A DNA stretch of 64,000 nucleotides from Candidatus Bathyarchaeota archaeon (GCA_963815095.1 CAWFFH010000003.1:640001-704000), one strand, 5' to 3'. Positions 18,944 to 28,583 are shown, counted from the stretch's first letter. The notes: generated by a model not told the origin, from the letters alone. Translations and numbers: made by a program.

Positions 18944-19558
18944 GTGAATTTCATGAAAGAACCTTTTGCTACTTTTGTAAAAAAACAACTTGAACCAAGA
19001 ACTCTACTGATAACATGTGGGTTACCAGCAAGTTACAAAACAGAAACTGCAGAAGAAGTTTCCAAAATCAAAGGTTACCCTATCCTACGCAGCGATTTAA
19101 TCAGGCTAGAAGTACTCAAGAACGAGGACGTTTTCGATGCAAAAGTCGCTGGAAACATGAACAAAAGATTATCAGTCTACGATGAAGTGTTTCGAAGGGC
19201 AGACGAACAAGCCGCAAGCAGTAAGGGTGGCTTAATTTTGGATGCCACTTTTGTTACTCAGGAATTGCGTAGGCGTGCAGCAGAGATTGCCGCAAAAAAC
19301 AACATGACGTTTGTAATATTGCAAACCAGCTGCCCTCAAGAAGTGTCCATTGCGAGAATAAAAAGGCGAACCAAAGAAAAGTACGAGTCAAACGCTCTAA
19401 CTGAAGAAGCGTATTTGGCAAATAAGAACAAGTTCGAACATGTAGATATTGACGATTTGAAGAAAAGAAATCCAACGCTCAAAGTGACCCATTTAACTGT
19501 TGACACCTGCCGTGACGAAACCGACCAATGGTTTGTTATAGGAATGGAGAAAAAGTAA
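18944..19558 (+). CDS. AAA_33/gluconate-kinase-like P-loop kinase with variant Walker A
   Basis: ITCGLPASYKT, LRSDLIR, LILDATF, RIKRR. Confidence 0.85.
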   Translation: MNFMKEPFATFVKKQLEPRTLLITCGLPASYKTETAEEVSKIKGYPILRSDLIRLEVLKNEDVFDAKVAGNMNKRLSVYDEVFRRADEQAASSKGGLILDATFVTQELRRRAAEIAAKNNMTFVILQTSCPQEVSIARIKRRTKEKYESNALTEEAYLANKNKFEHVDIDDLKKRNPTLKVTHLTVDTCRDETDQWFVIGMEKK

Positions 19559-19569
19559 GAGCATCTATA

Positions 19570-20436
19570 ATGAAGATTGATTTACACATTCACTCGAAAA
19601 GTTCTGATGGAAAATTCACCGTCCAAGAAATTTTACAGGAAGCCAAATCCAGAAACATCGATTTTTTATCAATTAGCGATCACGATTCCATAGGCTGCCA
19701 AAACCAAGCTATCGCAGAGGCAAAGATAATTGGAATCAAATTCGTTACTGGTGTCGAATTGAATGTAACTTTTTCCGACCCGAAGTACAAAGAAGGCAAA
19801 GCAGTCTCTCTGGATTTTTTGGGTTATCAATTCGCTCCCGATAACAAAACGTTTGCAGGCAAACTGGAAATTATGGCGAAGTATCGACGGGAGCGGGCCG
19901 CTAAACTACTCGACAACCTAAACGCTGAATTTCAGAAAGAAAACATTGCAGCGCTGACTGCAGAGGATTTGCGTTTGATTGAAGAGTCAGTGGATGGTGT
20001 GCTTGGCAGACCTCACATAGCTGACTATCTAATTAAGAAGGGAATTGTTAACACCCGCCAAGAAGCCTTTGATAAATACTTGGTGAAGTGCGATGTCCCG
20101 AAGTTCCCGCTCTATCTTGAAGAAGCATCAAAACTGGTAAGGGATGCGGGCGGAAAGTTAGTGTTGGCTCACCCGAACGATCCCCACGGAACTTCACTTG
20201 TAGCGTTAACTAAAGTGCTCGCTGAGCAAACCCAGATTGTGAAAGATAATATGCTTCCTTACATCGACGGAGTTGAATGCTGGCACTCCCGAAGCGCCCC
20301 GGAAACCATAAACCACTACGTAGGTTTCGCAAAGGAACAGAAACTTATCATGACGGGGGGGAGTGATTGCCACCAAAAACCAATTTTAATGGGCACGGTT
20401 CAGATTCCCTATTGGGTAGAGGGCCAATTCAAGTAA
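19570..20436 (+). CDS. PHP-domain phosphoesterase (TrpH/YciV-like)
   Basis: DLHIHSKSSDG, SDHD, GVE, GRPHIA, LAHP, GGSDCH. Confidence 0.93.
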   Translation: MKIDLHIHSKSSDGKFTVQEILQEAKSRNIDFLSISDHDSIGCQNQAIAEAKIIGIKFVTGVELNVTFSDPKYKEGKAVSLDFLGYQFAPDNKTFAGKLEIMAKYRRERAAKLLDNLNAEFQKENIAALTAEDLRLIEESVDGVLGRPHIADYLIKKGIVNTRQEAFDKYLVKCDVPKFPLYLEEASKLVRDAGGKLVLAHPNDPHGTSLVALTKVLAEQTQIVKDNMLPYIDGVECWHSRSAPETINHYVGFAKEQKLIMTGGSDCHQKPILMGTVQIPYWVEGQFK

Positions 20437-20445
20437 AGGAAAAGG

Positions 20446-21453
20446 TCAGAGGTTTTTTGCGTATTCAAATGCTAGTTTGAAGTAGGCTTGGGCTTCTTCG
20501 GTTGCTGAAACTTTTTCTTTTTGGTTTATGTTTAGGTCGTCGAGTCTGAAACTGATTACTTTACCTCGAACATATGCCCTGTAACATTTGTAGAAGGGAA
20601 GAAGCTTTGTAAGGTTTTGGTCTTTGGAGTACTCTATGTATTTTTCTATGAAGTGATTTGCAAGGTCAGGACGTAGTTGGAAGTCTAGGTCCATGGCTAA
20701 GAAGGCTACGTCAGCTGTAACGTCGGAGTAGCGGAATCTGTCGTTGAATTCTATGGCGTCGAAAATGCAAATTTTGTCAGTTATGAATATGTTGCCTGAA
20801 TGCAAGTCGCCGTGGCAGTCACGGATTCGCTTGTCGGAGATTCTGCTCTCAAAAAGGGCCTTGTTTTTGTTTATGAAACCGTTGATTTTGGTTTGGATAA
20901 ATTGGAAGTCCTTTTGTGGAATCGTTTGGTTGATGTATTTTTGGGTTTGAGCAAAGTTTTCATCCCAGTTAGTTTTGACAATTTTGATGCTGCCGAACTC
21001 GCTTATTTCGCCGGATGTCTTTGCCTTCGAATGGAAATCTGCAACTATTCTTGCTATCTCATCGATTGTTTTCTTGTCAACCTTGTCCTCTTTGAGTAGA
21101 AGGGTCATAATTCTTTCTTGAGGCAACCGTAACATTTTCAGCGCATACTCGACGGTTTCGCCTTTACCGCCGATTTTAATGCTATTTGATTTGTTGATTG
21201 AGACAACTTCGAGGTAGATTTCTGGGCACAGACGCCTGTTGAGCTTCAGCTCTTTTTTGCAGTATTCAAGTCTTTTGTCTAAGGTGGAGAAATCCAGAAA
21301 CCCAAAGTTAACGGCTTTCTTTACTTTGTAAACGTATTTTTTGGTCAGGAATACGAAGGATATGTGTGTTTGAATAAGTTCTACTTTGCCTGCTTCCTCC
21401 GGGTAAGCCTCGGGAACAAGTAGTGCATCAACTATTTCTTTTTGGGTTTGCAA
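20446..21453 (-). CDS. Aminoglycoside-phosphotransferase-like kinase (N-terminal half of Rv2004c-type proteins)
   Basis: IQTHISFVFL, YKVKKAV.FGFLDFSTL, ELKLNRRL, DCHGDLH, FDAIEFN, DVAFLAMDL, YRAYVRGKV; likely TTG start at 21453. Confidence 0.9.
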   Translation of the reverse strand: MQTQKEIVDALLVPEAYPEEAGKVELIQTHISFVFLTKKYVYKVKKAVNFGFLDFSTLDKRLEYCKKELKLNRRLCPEIYLEVVSINKSNSIKIGGKGETVEYALKMLRLPQERIMTLLLKEDKVDKKTIDEIARIVADFHSKAKTSGEISEFGSIKIVKTNWDENFAQTQKYINQTIPQKDFQFIQTKINGFINKNKALFESRISDKRIRDCHGDLHSGNIFITDKICIFDAIEFNDRFRYSDVTADVAFLAMDLDFQLRPDLANHFIEKYIEYSKDQNLTKLLPFYKCYRAYVRGKVISFRLDDLNINQKEKVSATEEAQAYFKLAFEYAKNL

Positions 21454-21578
21454 CAGGATTCGCCTTTTAGGTATAATGTTGTGAGTTGCCAGCCAATAAA
21501 TATAGAGGTACCAGTTAACCAAGTTTTCAGTTTGGTTAGCTTTATATTCAACATTCGAAAGAGATTTTGCGATTACAA

Positions 21579-21692
21579 ATGGAGACAGATAAACCCGAGA
21601 ACCTAAAAAAGGTACTCTTGAACAGCGGAATTCCTATCGTTGTGGCTGAAAAAATCGTTGCTCACTACACTAAAGATTTTGAAAGTGTTTGA
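21579..21692 (+). CDS. Unannotated 37-aa small protein
   Basis: METDKPENLKKVLLNSGIPIVVAEKIVAHYTKDFESV fills the gap between APH and pyrE; helix-G-P-helix pattern; TTTATA upstream. Confidence 0.5.
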   Translation: METDKPENLKKVLLNSGIPIVVAEKIVAHYTKDFESV

Positions 21693-22293
21693 CGTAATCC
21701 AAGACTTTGTCGGATTGTTCTTTAGAGATGTGGTTTCCAATGTGGAGTGAGGCTACGATGTCTGAGATTTTTGCGAGTGAATGAACTTGGTAACCGAGTT
21801 TTTCAAGTTTTTCTTTGCCGCCATGCTCTCGATTTACAACCACCAGCAAATGTTTTACGTTGGCGCCTAATTCCTGGAGGGGTTTTATGCCTTCAACTTT
21901 GGATATGCCCTCACTTATGACATCGTCGAAGAATAGGATATTATCACCCTTAGCCACATCTGCTCCGGCGATTCTACCTTTAACACCGTAGGCTTTCTCT
22001 TCTTTACGAACTATGACACAAGGAAGATTTAGATTACAAGCGATACTTGGCACAATTAACGCGCCCTTCAGCTCAATAGATGCTAATTTGTCGATTGGGT
22101 CAACAGCCATTATATGCCTAATTTTTTCCGAGGCAGCCTCAGCGATAGTGCAGAGATTCTTTGGTGCGGAAAGAACCTTTGCAAGGTCAATATAATAGGG
22201 GCTTGTTGCTCCAGACTTGATTGTGAAGCTGCCAAACCTTAAGCACCCAGACAAGTAAAGAGCATCAGCCACTTTATCAGTAATCGTTGACAT
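21670..22293 (-). CDS. pyrE: Orotate phosphoribosyltransferase-like
   Basis: FGSFTIKSGATSPYYID, VRKEEKAYG, LFFDDVISEG PRPP motif. Confidence 0.9.
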   Translation of the reverse strand: MSTITDKVADALYLSGCLRFGSFTIKSGATSPYYIDLAKVLSAPKNLCTIAEAASEKIRHIMAVDPIDKLASIELKGALIVPSIACNLNLPCVIVRKEEKAYGVKGRIAGADVAKGDNILFFDDVISEGISKVEGIKPLQELGANVKHLLVVVNREHGGKEKLEKLGYQVHSLAKISDIVASLHIGNHISKEQSDKVLDYVKHFQNL

Positions 22294-22446
22294 TTGATTT
22301 CACTGATGAGAGTGTTAAGTTGCAAATTTAACCCTTTACCAACCTATTTTAAGTCTTTTAAAAACTAATGACAGAAACCTATAGTGAGTAGTTAACAGTG
22401 ACGCTTTCAACAACGAGAATATTAAAAAAATAGTAAAAATGGGATA

Positions 22447-23433
22447 TTAGACAACTAAGTCGGCCATGTCGACGCTACGCTCGTAAATCTGCCTAAGGAA
22501 AGACACCGACGCCAAAATCTGAGGTATTAAATCCACAGACGAATCCTTCGCTAACTGTTCAATGTTTGAGGAGGTTGACTCTATTTTCTCTCGCAGGTTC
22601 CGAACGTTTTCGGCCACCGAAATGTCCTTGTTCAGGAAAGCTTTAATGGCTTGCTCATTAGCCTCGGAACAAGCAGATTGCAATTCAAACAACAACTTCC
22701 GAAGTTCATCAGATAATTTAATTCCGTTTAGCGCTATAGTGTTTGAGGCAAACTGAACACATGCGTCACCGATACCTTCAATTAAACTTGCAGCCAAACG
22801 ATAGTCTAAACATTCAATCGGTGTAATCCCAAGTTTATCGCTCAACCTTGGATTCTGAATAATTGTCCGAAGAGTTCTAACCAACAAAAAGTAAAGCCGA
22901 TTGCTTTCGTTATCACGCGAAACAACGCTCTTAGCTAACTCTGAATCGGTGTTAATAAAAGAGTTAGTTACGTCACGAATCATCCCTGCTACCAAACCGT
23001 GGTTTCGTTGCAAGATTTTTTGAGGTAAAAACCCAAATGGTTGTTGTGAGATACTTTGCAAAGAAATTTTGCAGATCGTCTCTTCTACAATCTCTAATCC
23101 CGCCAAAGAACTTGCGGTTGACTTAATTATTTTCCTTGCGTTTGCATCAATACGGTCCTTTGCCTCAATGTTAATTGTATCAAAGCCCAGAAGGTATCTA
23201 CCAACAATTTCACGCCCCAAAAAAGGGCCAACTCCCAAAGTGGCGACTTTAGGCTCAGGTTCAGCAGCATTTTTTGGGTCAACAAGAAGTTTACCGTCAC
23301 TGGTAACTTCCAAATTTACTTCAAAACCCTTCTTTAAACCGGACGCGTTGGCCCAATCTCTGGGTAAACAAACAAAGAAAGTCCCAGTTGGTGTTTGCTG
23401 TACTTTACGCGATTCACTCATCTGCGGTTTCAC
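22447..23433 (-). CDS. phoU: Phosphate uptake regulator, AbrB + PhoU domains
   Basis: RKVQQT.TGTFFVCLPRDWA AbrB N-terminus, YLLGFD, NRLYFLLVR, IEGIGD. Confidence 0.88.
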   Translation of the reverse strand: MKPQMSESRKVQQTPTGTFFVCLPRDWANASGLKKGFEVNLEVTSDGKLLVDPKNAAEPEPKVATLGVGPFLGREIVGRYLLGFDTINIEAKDRIDANARKIIKSTASSLAGLEIVEETICKISLQSISQQPFGFLPQKILQRNHGLVAGMIRDVTNSFINTDSELAKSVVSRDNESNRLYFLLVRTLRTIIQNPRLSDKLGITPIECLDYRLAASLIEGIGDACVQFASNTIALNGIKLSDELRKLLFELQSACSEANEQAIKAFLNKDISVAENVRNLREKIESTSSNIEQLAKDSSVDLIPQILASVSFLRQIYERSVDMADLVV

Positions 23434-23659
23434 CTATGGAAGATACAATATATCTAAACTATGGTTTGCTTATTTAAATTGAATTGATTTTCTATAACTT
23501 AATTCAAAAAATACAATCAAATTAGTCGGAGTACCGAAAATTTTTCCATTAAAGGTTCATTCATAAAAAGGGTCAGAAAACAAAAAACAGTAAATAACTC
23601 AAGAACATAACTGCCTAACATAAAAAACTAACATTTAGTAAGGTCAAGGCAAGAACTCG

Positions 23660-25246
23660 ATGAGCGCAGAAGAAAAACTCCAAAAAGCCATAGAGACATC
23701 TATTATGGCGGGTTATCAATTAAATAGCGAAGCCTTCGAGTTTCTCACTCAAAAAGCAGAAACTAACGACCCTGTCCTCATTATGGACTTGGCTCTTGCG
23801 AGAATCCAAGAGTTGCATGATAAACCGATGTTTATAGAAAAAAGCTTTCTAGAAGCGCTTTTGCAAGCCGCTGTACCTGCGCCACAACTTCAAGTCCCCG
23901 AGCGACAATACAGTCCACAACCAAGTATTCCGCAACAGCAATTGCGGCCACTTGAGGAATATCAAGATTCCAACGAAACCGAGTTTTATCCCTTCGCCAA
24001 AGATATACCGTCAGAACTCAATATTATCGATGATGCTACAGGAAAACTTACTTCGAATGGTACACTAGACGAGTACGTACTCTATTTTCAGGACCGCTTC
24101 AAACGTATCGAGAAACTGTTAAGACAAAGGATGGATGTTAAGGCAGCAACCTCAATTACGGAAGCCCTCAAGTCGCCACCAAAAACTAAGCTCAAAATCA
24201 TCTGTATGCTAACTGAGAAGAGGGACTCAAAAAATAACACAATCTTATCCGTCGAAGATTTGAATGGAAGTGCAACAATTCTTGTTTCTCAAAAAGCTCC
24301 TGAAGAAGTAAAGAAAAAAGCGCTCACTCTTCTGCCTGACCAAGTTTTCTGCGTAGCGGCTGTTAAAACAAGAGGCGACCTGCTGATGGCTGAAGACATT
24401 ATTTTTCCTGACGTAGGAAAAAAGATACCTCTGCGTGCGCAAGAACCCGTTTACGCTGTCCTTACATCAGACATCCATATTGGAAGTACAAAATTTACAA
24501 AAGAATCATTCAAGCGCTTTATCCTCTGGCTGCGAGGCAAATATGGAACCCCAGAAATGCGCCAAATAGCCGGCCGAGTAAAATATCTTCTCGTTGCGGG
24601 CGATATTGTAGATGGAATAGGTATTTATCCTGGTCAACAAAATGAGCTAACCATTCGAGATGTACATAAACAGTATAATTTTGCTATCAAATATCTTGAA
24701 AAAATTCCAGATTACATTGAAATTGTTTTGTCTCCAGGTAACCATGACGCCGCACGCAAATCATTACCTCAACCAGCAATACCAGAAGGATATCTGACAG
24801 AAATTCAAGGCAAAAAAAATATCCACTCAGTTGGCAGCCCATGTTACCTCAGCATTCACGGCGTAGAAGTACTCATGTATCACGGCAGAAGCCTCGACGA
24901 CATAGTTTCTGTTATTCCTGGAATGGATCATCAGCACCCAGAAAAATCCATGCGTCTACTCATGCAAGGACGACACTTAGCTCCTGTATACGGTGGAAAA
25001 ACCATGCTTTCCCCAGAAAGCCGCGATTATCTTGTAATTGATAAGGTTCCAGACATTTTTCATGCAGGGCACGTACATGTTAATGGACTTTGTAATTATC
25101 GCGGAGTACTTGTTGTGAACTCGGGCGGATGGCAAGACCAAACGGATTATATGGAAAAATTAGGGTTAGTTCCTACTCCAGGAATGGTGCCAGTGGTGAA
25201 TCTGCAAACACTACATACCACCGTTTTAGATTTTAATTTAAGTTAG
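23660..25246 (+). CDS. polB: DNA polymerase D small (exonuclease) subunit DP1
   Basis: SDIHIGS, AGDIVDGIGIYPGQ, PGNHD, YHGRSLDD, RHLAP, HAGHVH, NSGGWQ. Confidence 0.97.
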   Translation: MSAEEKLQKAIETSIMAGYQLNSEAFEFLTQKAETNDPVLIMDLALARIQELHDKPMFIEKSFLEALLQAAVPAPQLQVPERQYSPQPSIPQQQLRPLEEYQDSNETEFYPFAKDIPSELNIIDDATGKLTSNGTLDEYVLYFQDRFKRIEKLLRQRMDVKAATSITEALKSPPKTKLKIICMLTEKRDSKNNTILSVEDLNGSATILVSQKAPEEVKKKALTLLPDQVFCVAAVKTRGDLLMAEDIIFPDVGKKIPLRAQEPVYAVLTSDIHIGSTKFTKESFKRFILWLRGKYGTPEMRQIAGRVKYLLVAGDIVDGIGIYPGQQNELTIRDVHKQYNFAIKYLEKIPDYIEIVLSPGNHDAARKSLPQPAIPEGYLTEIQGKKNIHSVGSPCYLSIHGVEVLMYHGRSLDDIVSVIPGMDHQHPEKSMRLLMQGRHLAPVYGGKTMLSPESRDYLVIDKVPDIFHAGHVHVNGLCNYRGVLVVNSGGWQDQTDYMEKLGLVPTPGMVPVVNLQTLHTTVLDFNLS

Positions 25247-26484
25247 GTGCCGGAACTTGGGTTTTTGCGGATAGCTTGGGGTGAATAGTCAATCAATCGG
25301 CTAAAGCGATTATCACCGACAAAGACATCTCTAATCAAGCTGCGAGAGATTTCCAGTCTAATTTTTTTGGTTCTTCCGTATCGACCCATGCTTACAACTT
25401 TGGCGTTTACAAGACCCATCGAATCAAGTTCGTTAACCAAAGTGCCTAGACGCCGTTGCGTTAGAAGCCCAGCGCCCATCTCACCGCATAATTCATTGTA
25501 TATATCGTAGATTTCCCCGGTTGTCGCACTTGACTTATTTAGATGGTAAACACTCAAGAGCACCAACTTTGAATGCAAAGTTAAATTATTGAGTGCTTCG
25601 ACAACTCGGTTGTGCTCAATATGCTTCTCAGCCTGACGCACGTGCTCTTCAGTAATAGTTTTTGCACCAAGCCGCTCCGCCACTTCTCCAGCAACACGCA
25701 ACAAATCTAGAGCTCGCCTAGCGTCTCCATGTTCTGCGGCAGCTAAAGCTGAGCAAATGCTCAATGCTGAATCTGATAAGACACCATCTTGGAAGGACAA
25801 CTTTGAGCGTTCAAGAAGTATATTTCGAAGTTCTCCAGCATCATATGGTCTGAAGACCAGTTCTTCTTCGCTAAGTGAACTGAAGACTCTTGGGTCCAAG
25901 AATTCTTTTAGGCGCAAATCGTTGGATATGCCGATTAGGGCAACTTTGCTTTTGGTTAATGTTTCGTTTATTCTTGTTAACTCATACATGAAGCCGTCTC
26001 CATGTTCTTTGATCAAGGCGTCAACTTCATCCAAAATAATGATGAATATTATTTTAGATTGATCTAACCCTATGCGGAACCGGTCAAAAACTTCGCCTGC
26101 CGACAAACCAGTGAAGGGAATGGACAAGCCTACACTTTGGCTTAGCGCCGCGAAAACCCTGTATTCTGAACCAGTCATTCGACAATTAATGTAGCAAAAT
26201 TTTACCTGTGCACCATATTCTTTTGCTTTGGATTCTAAATGGCTTAGCACATATTTTGTTACGGCAGTTTTTCCTGTTCCTGTTTTTCCGTAAATGAAAA
26301 TGTTGGAGCATCTTGAATCTCTTAGGACTGGAGCAACAGTTGCACCGAGCAATCTAATCTGGTCTTCTCGATGTGGAAGTTTATCCGGAAGATAATCATG
26401 CCTTAAGACCTCTCGATCTTTAAACAGTTTAACTCCGTTTACGAAGTTTTCGAATACATCATCTAGTACGCTTGAATTACCCAT
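25243..26484 (-). CDS. cdc6: Cdc6/Orc1 replication initiator
   Basis: LPHREDQI, GKTGTGKT, ILDEVD, DPRVFSSL, HGDARRALDLLR, GRYGRT wing. Confidence 0.98.
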   Translation of the reverse strand: MGNSSVLDDVFENFVNGVKLFKDREVLRHDYLPDKLPHREDQIRLLGATVAPVLRDSRCSNIFIYGKTGTGKTAVTKYVLSHLESKAKEYGAQVKFCYINCRMTGSEYRVFAALSQSVGLSIPFTGLSAGEVFDRFRIGLDQSKIIFIIILDEVDALIKEHGDGFMYELTRINETLTKSKVALIGISNDLRLKEFLDPRVFSSLSEEELVFRPYDAGELRNILLERSKLSFQDGVLSDSALSICSALAAAEHGDARRALDLLRVAGEVAERLGAKTITEEHVRQAEKHIEHNRVVEALNNLTLHSKLVLLSVYHLNKSSATTGEIYDIYNELCGEMGAGLLTQRRLGTLVNELDSMGLVNAKVVSMGRYGRTKKIRLEISRSLIRDVFVGDNRFSRLIDYSPQAIRKNPSSGT

Positions 26485-27110
26485 TTGCTTTCCCTCTTAT
26501 TCTTCAGAGGCAACACCGTTATTTCTTGTGGAACAGATAAAGGCTACACTACAAAAAACTGGTCTTAGAGCACAACAATCCTAAAAAACATTGAAAATAG
26601 CCAATATCTTTCAAATAAAGCGAGAGCACACACACACCACAGTTTCTACTGGAGGAAAAAGCTTGGTAAAAGAAAAACACTATTTATTGTATATATAATA
26701 ATATACTCTGATAGGTAAGGGGCAATTTGATATATTAATAATTGTTATCAAAGAAATTAGACAAATCATCTACAATAATTTTTTCAGCCTTTCCTAACTT
26801 CTTTTTGTCCCAAATACTTCGAGCGGAAACATAGGGGCCTGTGCGAGCGATTTTTCCATGGTAAATTACACTTGTTCAAGCTATTACATCTTGTTTTCTT
26901 TCATAACTTTCTTAATTTCTCAAGGAAGTTAATTTTCAACTTTTTAGTTAAAGTTTCTCGAAAAAACCGTTCACAAAATTGTGAATACATGTGAAATGGC
27001 AATGAAGTTGTCGCTTTATTGAGTCTATTTTCTGATAAATTACCCTTTTCCTGTCTTTAACAAGTGAATAAGGCACCCCTACACTTCTACTGGAAAAGCA
27101 TAACCAAGGC
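26485..27110. other. Replication origin (oriC) with ORB-like boxes and AT-rich DUE
   Basis: ORB-like boxes: 26511-26534(-) GTTCCACAAGAAATAACGG; 26627-26655(-) CTCCAGTAGAAACTGTGGTGTG; 26817-26837(+) CTTCGAGCGGAAACATAGGGG; 27074-27096(-) TTCCAGTAGAAGTGTAGGGG. AT-rich tract at ~26680-26760; directly upstream of cdc6. Confidence 0.88.
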
Positions 27111-27270
27111 GAAACTGAATTATTTCAAGCATTTCGTTATACTGTGAAGCTGGTAATAACAGAATAACTTCAATTCTTAGCTATTACAGTATTATAAGCT
27201 TGATAACTGCCTATTTCATTCATCAGTTTCACCATAACAGCTATAAGGTGTGAAGTACTGACTTGTGAAC
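26970..27270. repeat. GTGAA/TTCAC motif cluster
   Basis: TTCAC 26970, 27228; GTGAA 26981, 26991, 27064, 27144, 27250, 27265; TTCACAA-aa-TTGTGAA inverted repeat at 26970-26985. Confidence 0.55.
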
Positions 27271-27291
27271 AATCCTTAAGGTGTGCAGCAA

Positions 27292-27720
27292 ATGCCCGCT
27301 CGTAAAATGCGCATTGAGCTTTTCGATAGCGATGGTAATCGATATACTATTGCTTTTGAGGGTCAAGTGACTCGTGACAAAGCTCTTCGCCTTTTGGATC
27401 TGGTAGAGTTGCTTGGCAGTGCACCTGGAGAAGGCCTCACTACAAATGCAGGAAACACTTTACCAAATAAGGTTCTATCACGGTTCGAGAAAGTCCAGGT
27501 GGTTATCCACAAGAATTTCCCCTTGATTTGGTTCTCCTCAAAAGACATCCAGTCCATTTATGAACAAGAACTTAAAGAACCGGTAAGTCTCAGCACAGTT
27601 TCAACCTACCTTTCCAGGATGGCTGTAAAAGGTATGTTGCTTAGGACCGGAGGCCAAAACAACCTCAAGTACAAGACTGCCCCAAACATCTCCCCTGCTA
27701 TTAAACAACGCATAAAATAA
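27292..27720 (+). CDS. Origin-adjacent protein with C-terminal winged helix
   Basis: N-domain RIELFDSDGNRYTIAFEGQVTRDKALRLLDLVELL; wHTH FSSKDIQSIYEQELKEPVSLSTVSTYLSRM..KGML. Confidence 0.85.
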   Translation: MPARKMRIELFDSDGNRYTIAFEGQVTRDKALRLLDLVELLGSAPGEGLTTNAGNTLPNKVLSRFEKVQVVIHKNFPLIWFSSKDIQSIYEQELKEPVSLSTVSTYLSRMAVKGMLLRTGGQNNLKYKTAPNISPAIKQRIK

Positions 27721-27779
27721 CTCCCAAGGTTCACAATCATTTCACAAAAAGACAATTATTGAACCCTTTAAACCGTTAA

Positions 27780-28583
27780 CTATGTTTGAGCGGAGGGGTT
27801 CACGACTTTTTGCAGAAGAGCTTCCATCTCCTTTTTGATGCTGTACCTGAAAGGAATTTTACCAGCCTCCCTCTCCAAGTATCCCTCTTCATAGAGTTTC
27901 TTCATTAACCGAGCTGTATGCTCCCTACTGAGTTGCACTATTTCTTTGATTTCAGGAGCCGTCTTCGCTCCCTCTTTAGCGAGGAGTTCTAAGACTGTGA
28001 TTTCCGTTTCGGTTAAAGCTGCCAACGCTTTATCCCGTTTTATGGGTATAGGCGGTAGGACAATGTCGTTCCTGGTTTCATTTTGTGGTGGAACAACTGA
28101 TATTTTCTTAATTTGCTCTTCAAACACTGTTATTTTATTTCTCAAAGTTTCTTGTGTAGATTCGATGTCTTTTAGTTTTGCTTCTATTCCTGAGAGCCCA
28201 GACAGGACTGTGCTGTTGTTTTGTGTGTAGTCGGATAAGTTTTGTGTAACAGTTTGTGAAATAGCTTGATGTGATTGGCTGAGTGCACCGAGTTGTTGCT
28301 CGATGTTCTCTGCTTTCCTGAAACTCACGTTTGCTGTGTTATAGCTTCCTTCAACTCTTGATACCATTGTATCAAACTTGTCTGATTCACGTTTAAGTTC
28401 ACGATTAAAACTCAGCACGATATCTTCGATAAAGTTTTTGGCTTTTTCGTATTCTTTGTGTGCAAGGCGTACCTGCTTATAGTACTCATATGCAGCTATT
28501 ACTGTAACAGCTAGTAGAACGCCCAAGATTAATGGTGTGAGATCAATCGTGATTTTTTTCTCCGTGATTTGTATGTGACTCAA
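27780..28583 (-). CDS. Membrane-anchored coiled-coil protein with C-terminal MarR/ArsR-like winged helix
   Basis: TM LILGVLLAVTVIAAY; heptad-rich helix from ~aa35-160; LTETEITVLELLAKEGAKTAPEIKEIVQLSREHTARLMKKLYEEGYLER...FRY; start codon uncertain. Confidence 0.87.
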   Translation of the reverse strand: MSHIQITEKKITIDLTPLILGVLLAVTVIAAYEYYKQVRLAHKEYEKAKNFIEDIVLSFNRELKRESDKFDTMVSRVEGSYNTANVSFRKAENIEQQLGALSQSHQAISQTVTQNLSDYTQNNSTVLSGLSGIEAKLKDIESTQETLRNKITVFEEQIKKISVVPPQNETRNDIVLPPIPIKRDKALAALTETEITVLELLAKEGAKTAPEIKEIVQLSREHTARLMKKLYEEGYLEREAGKIPFRYSIKKEMEALLQKVVNPSAQT

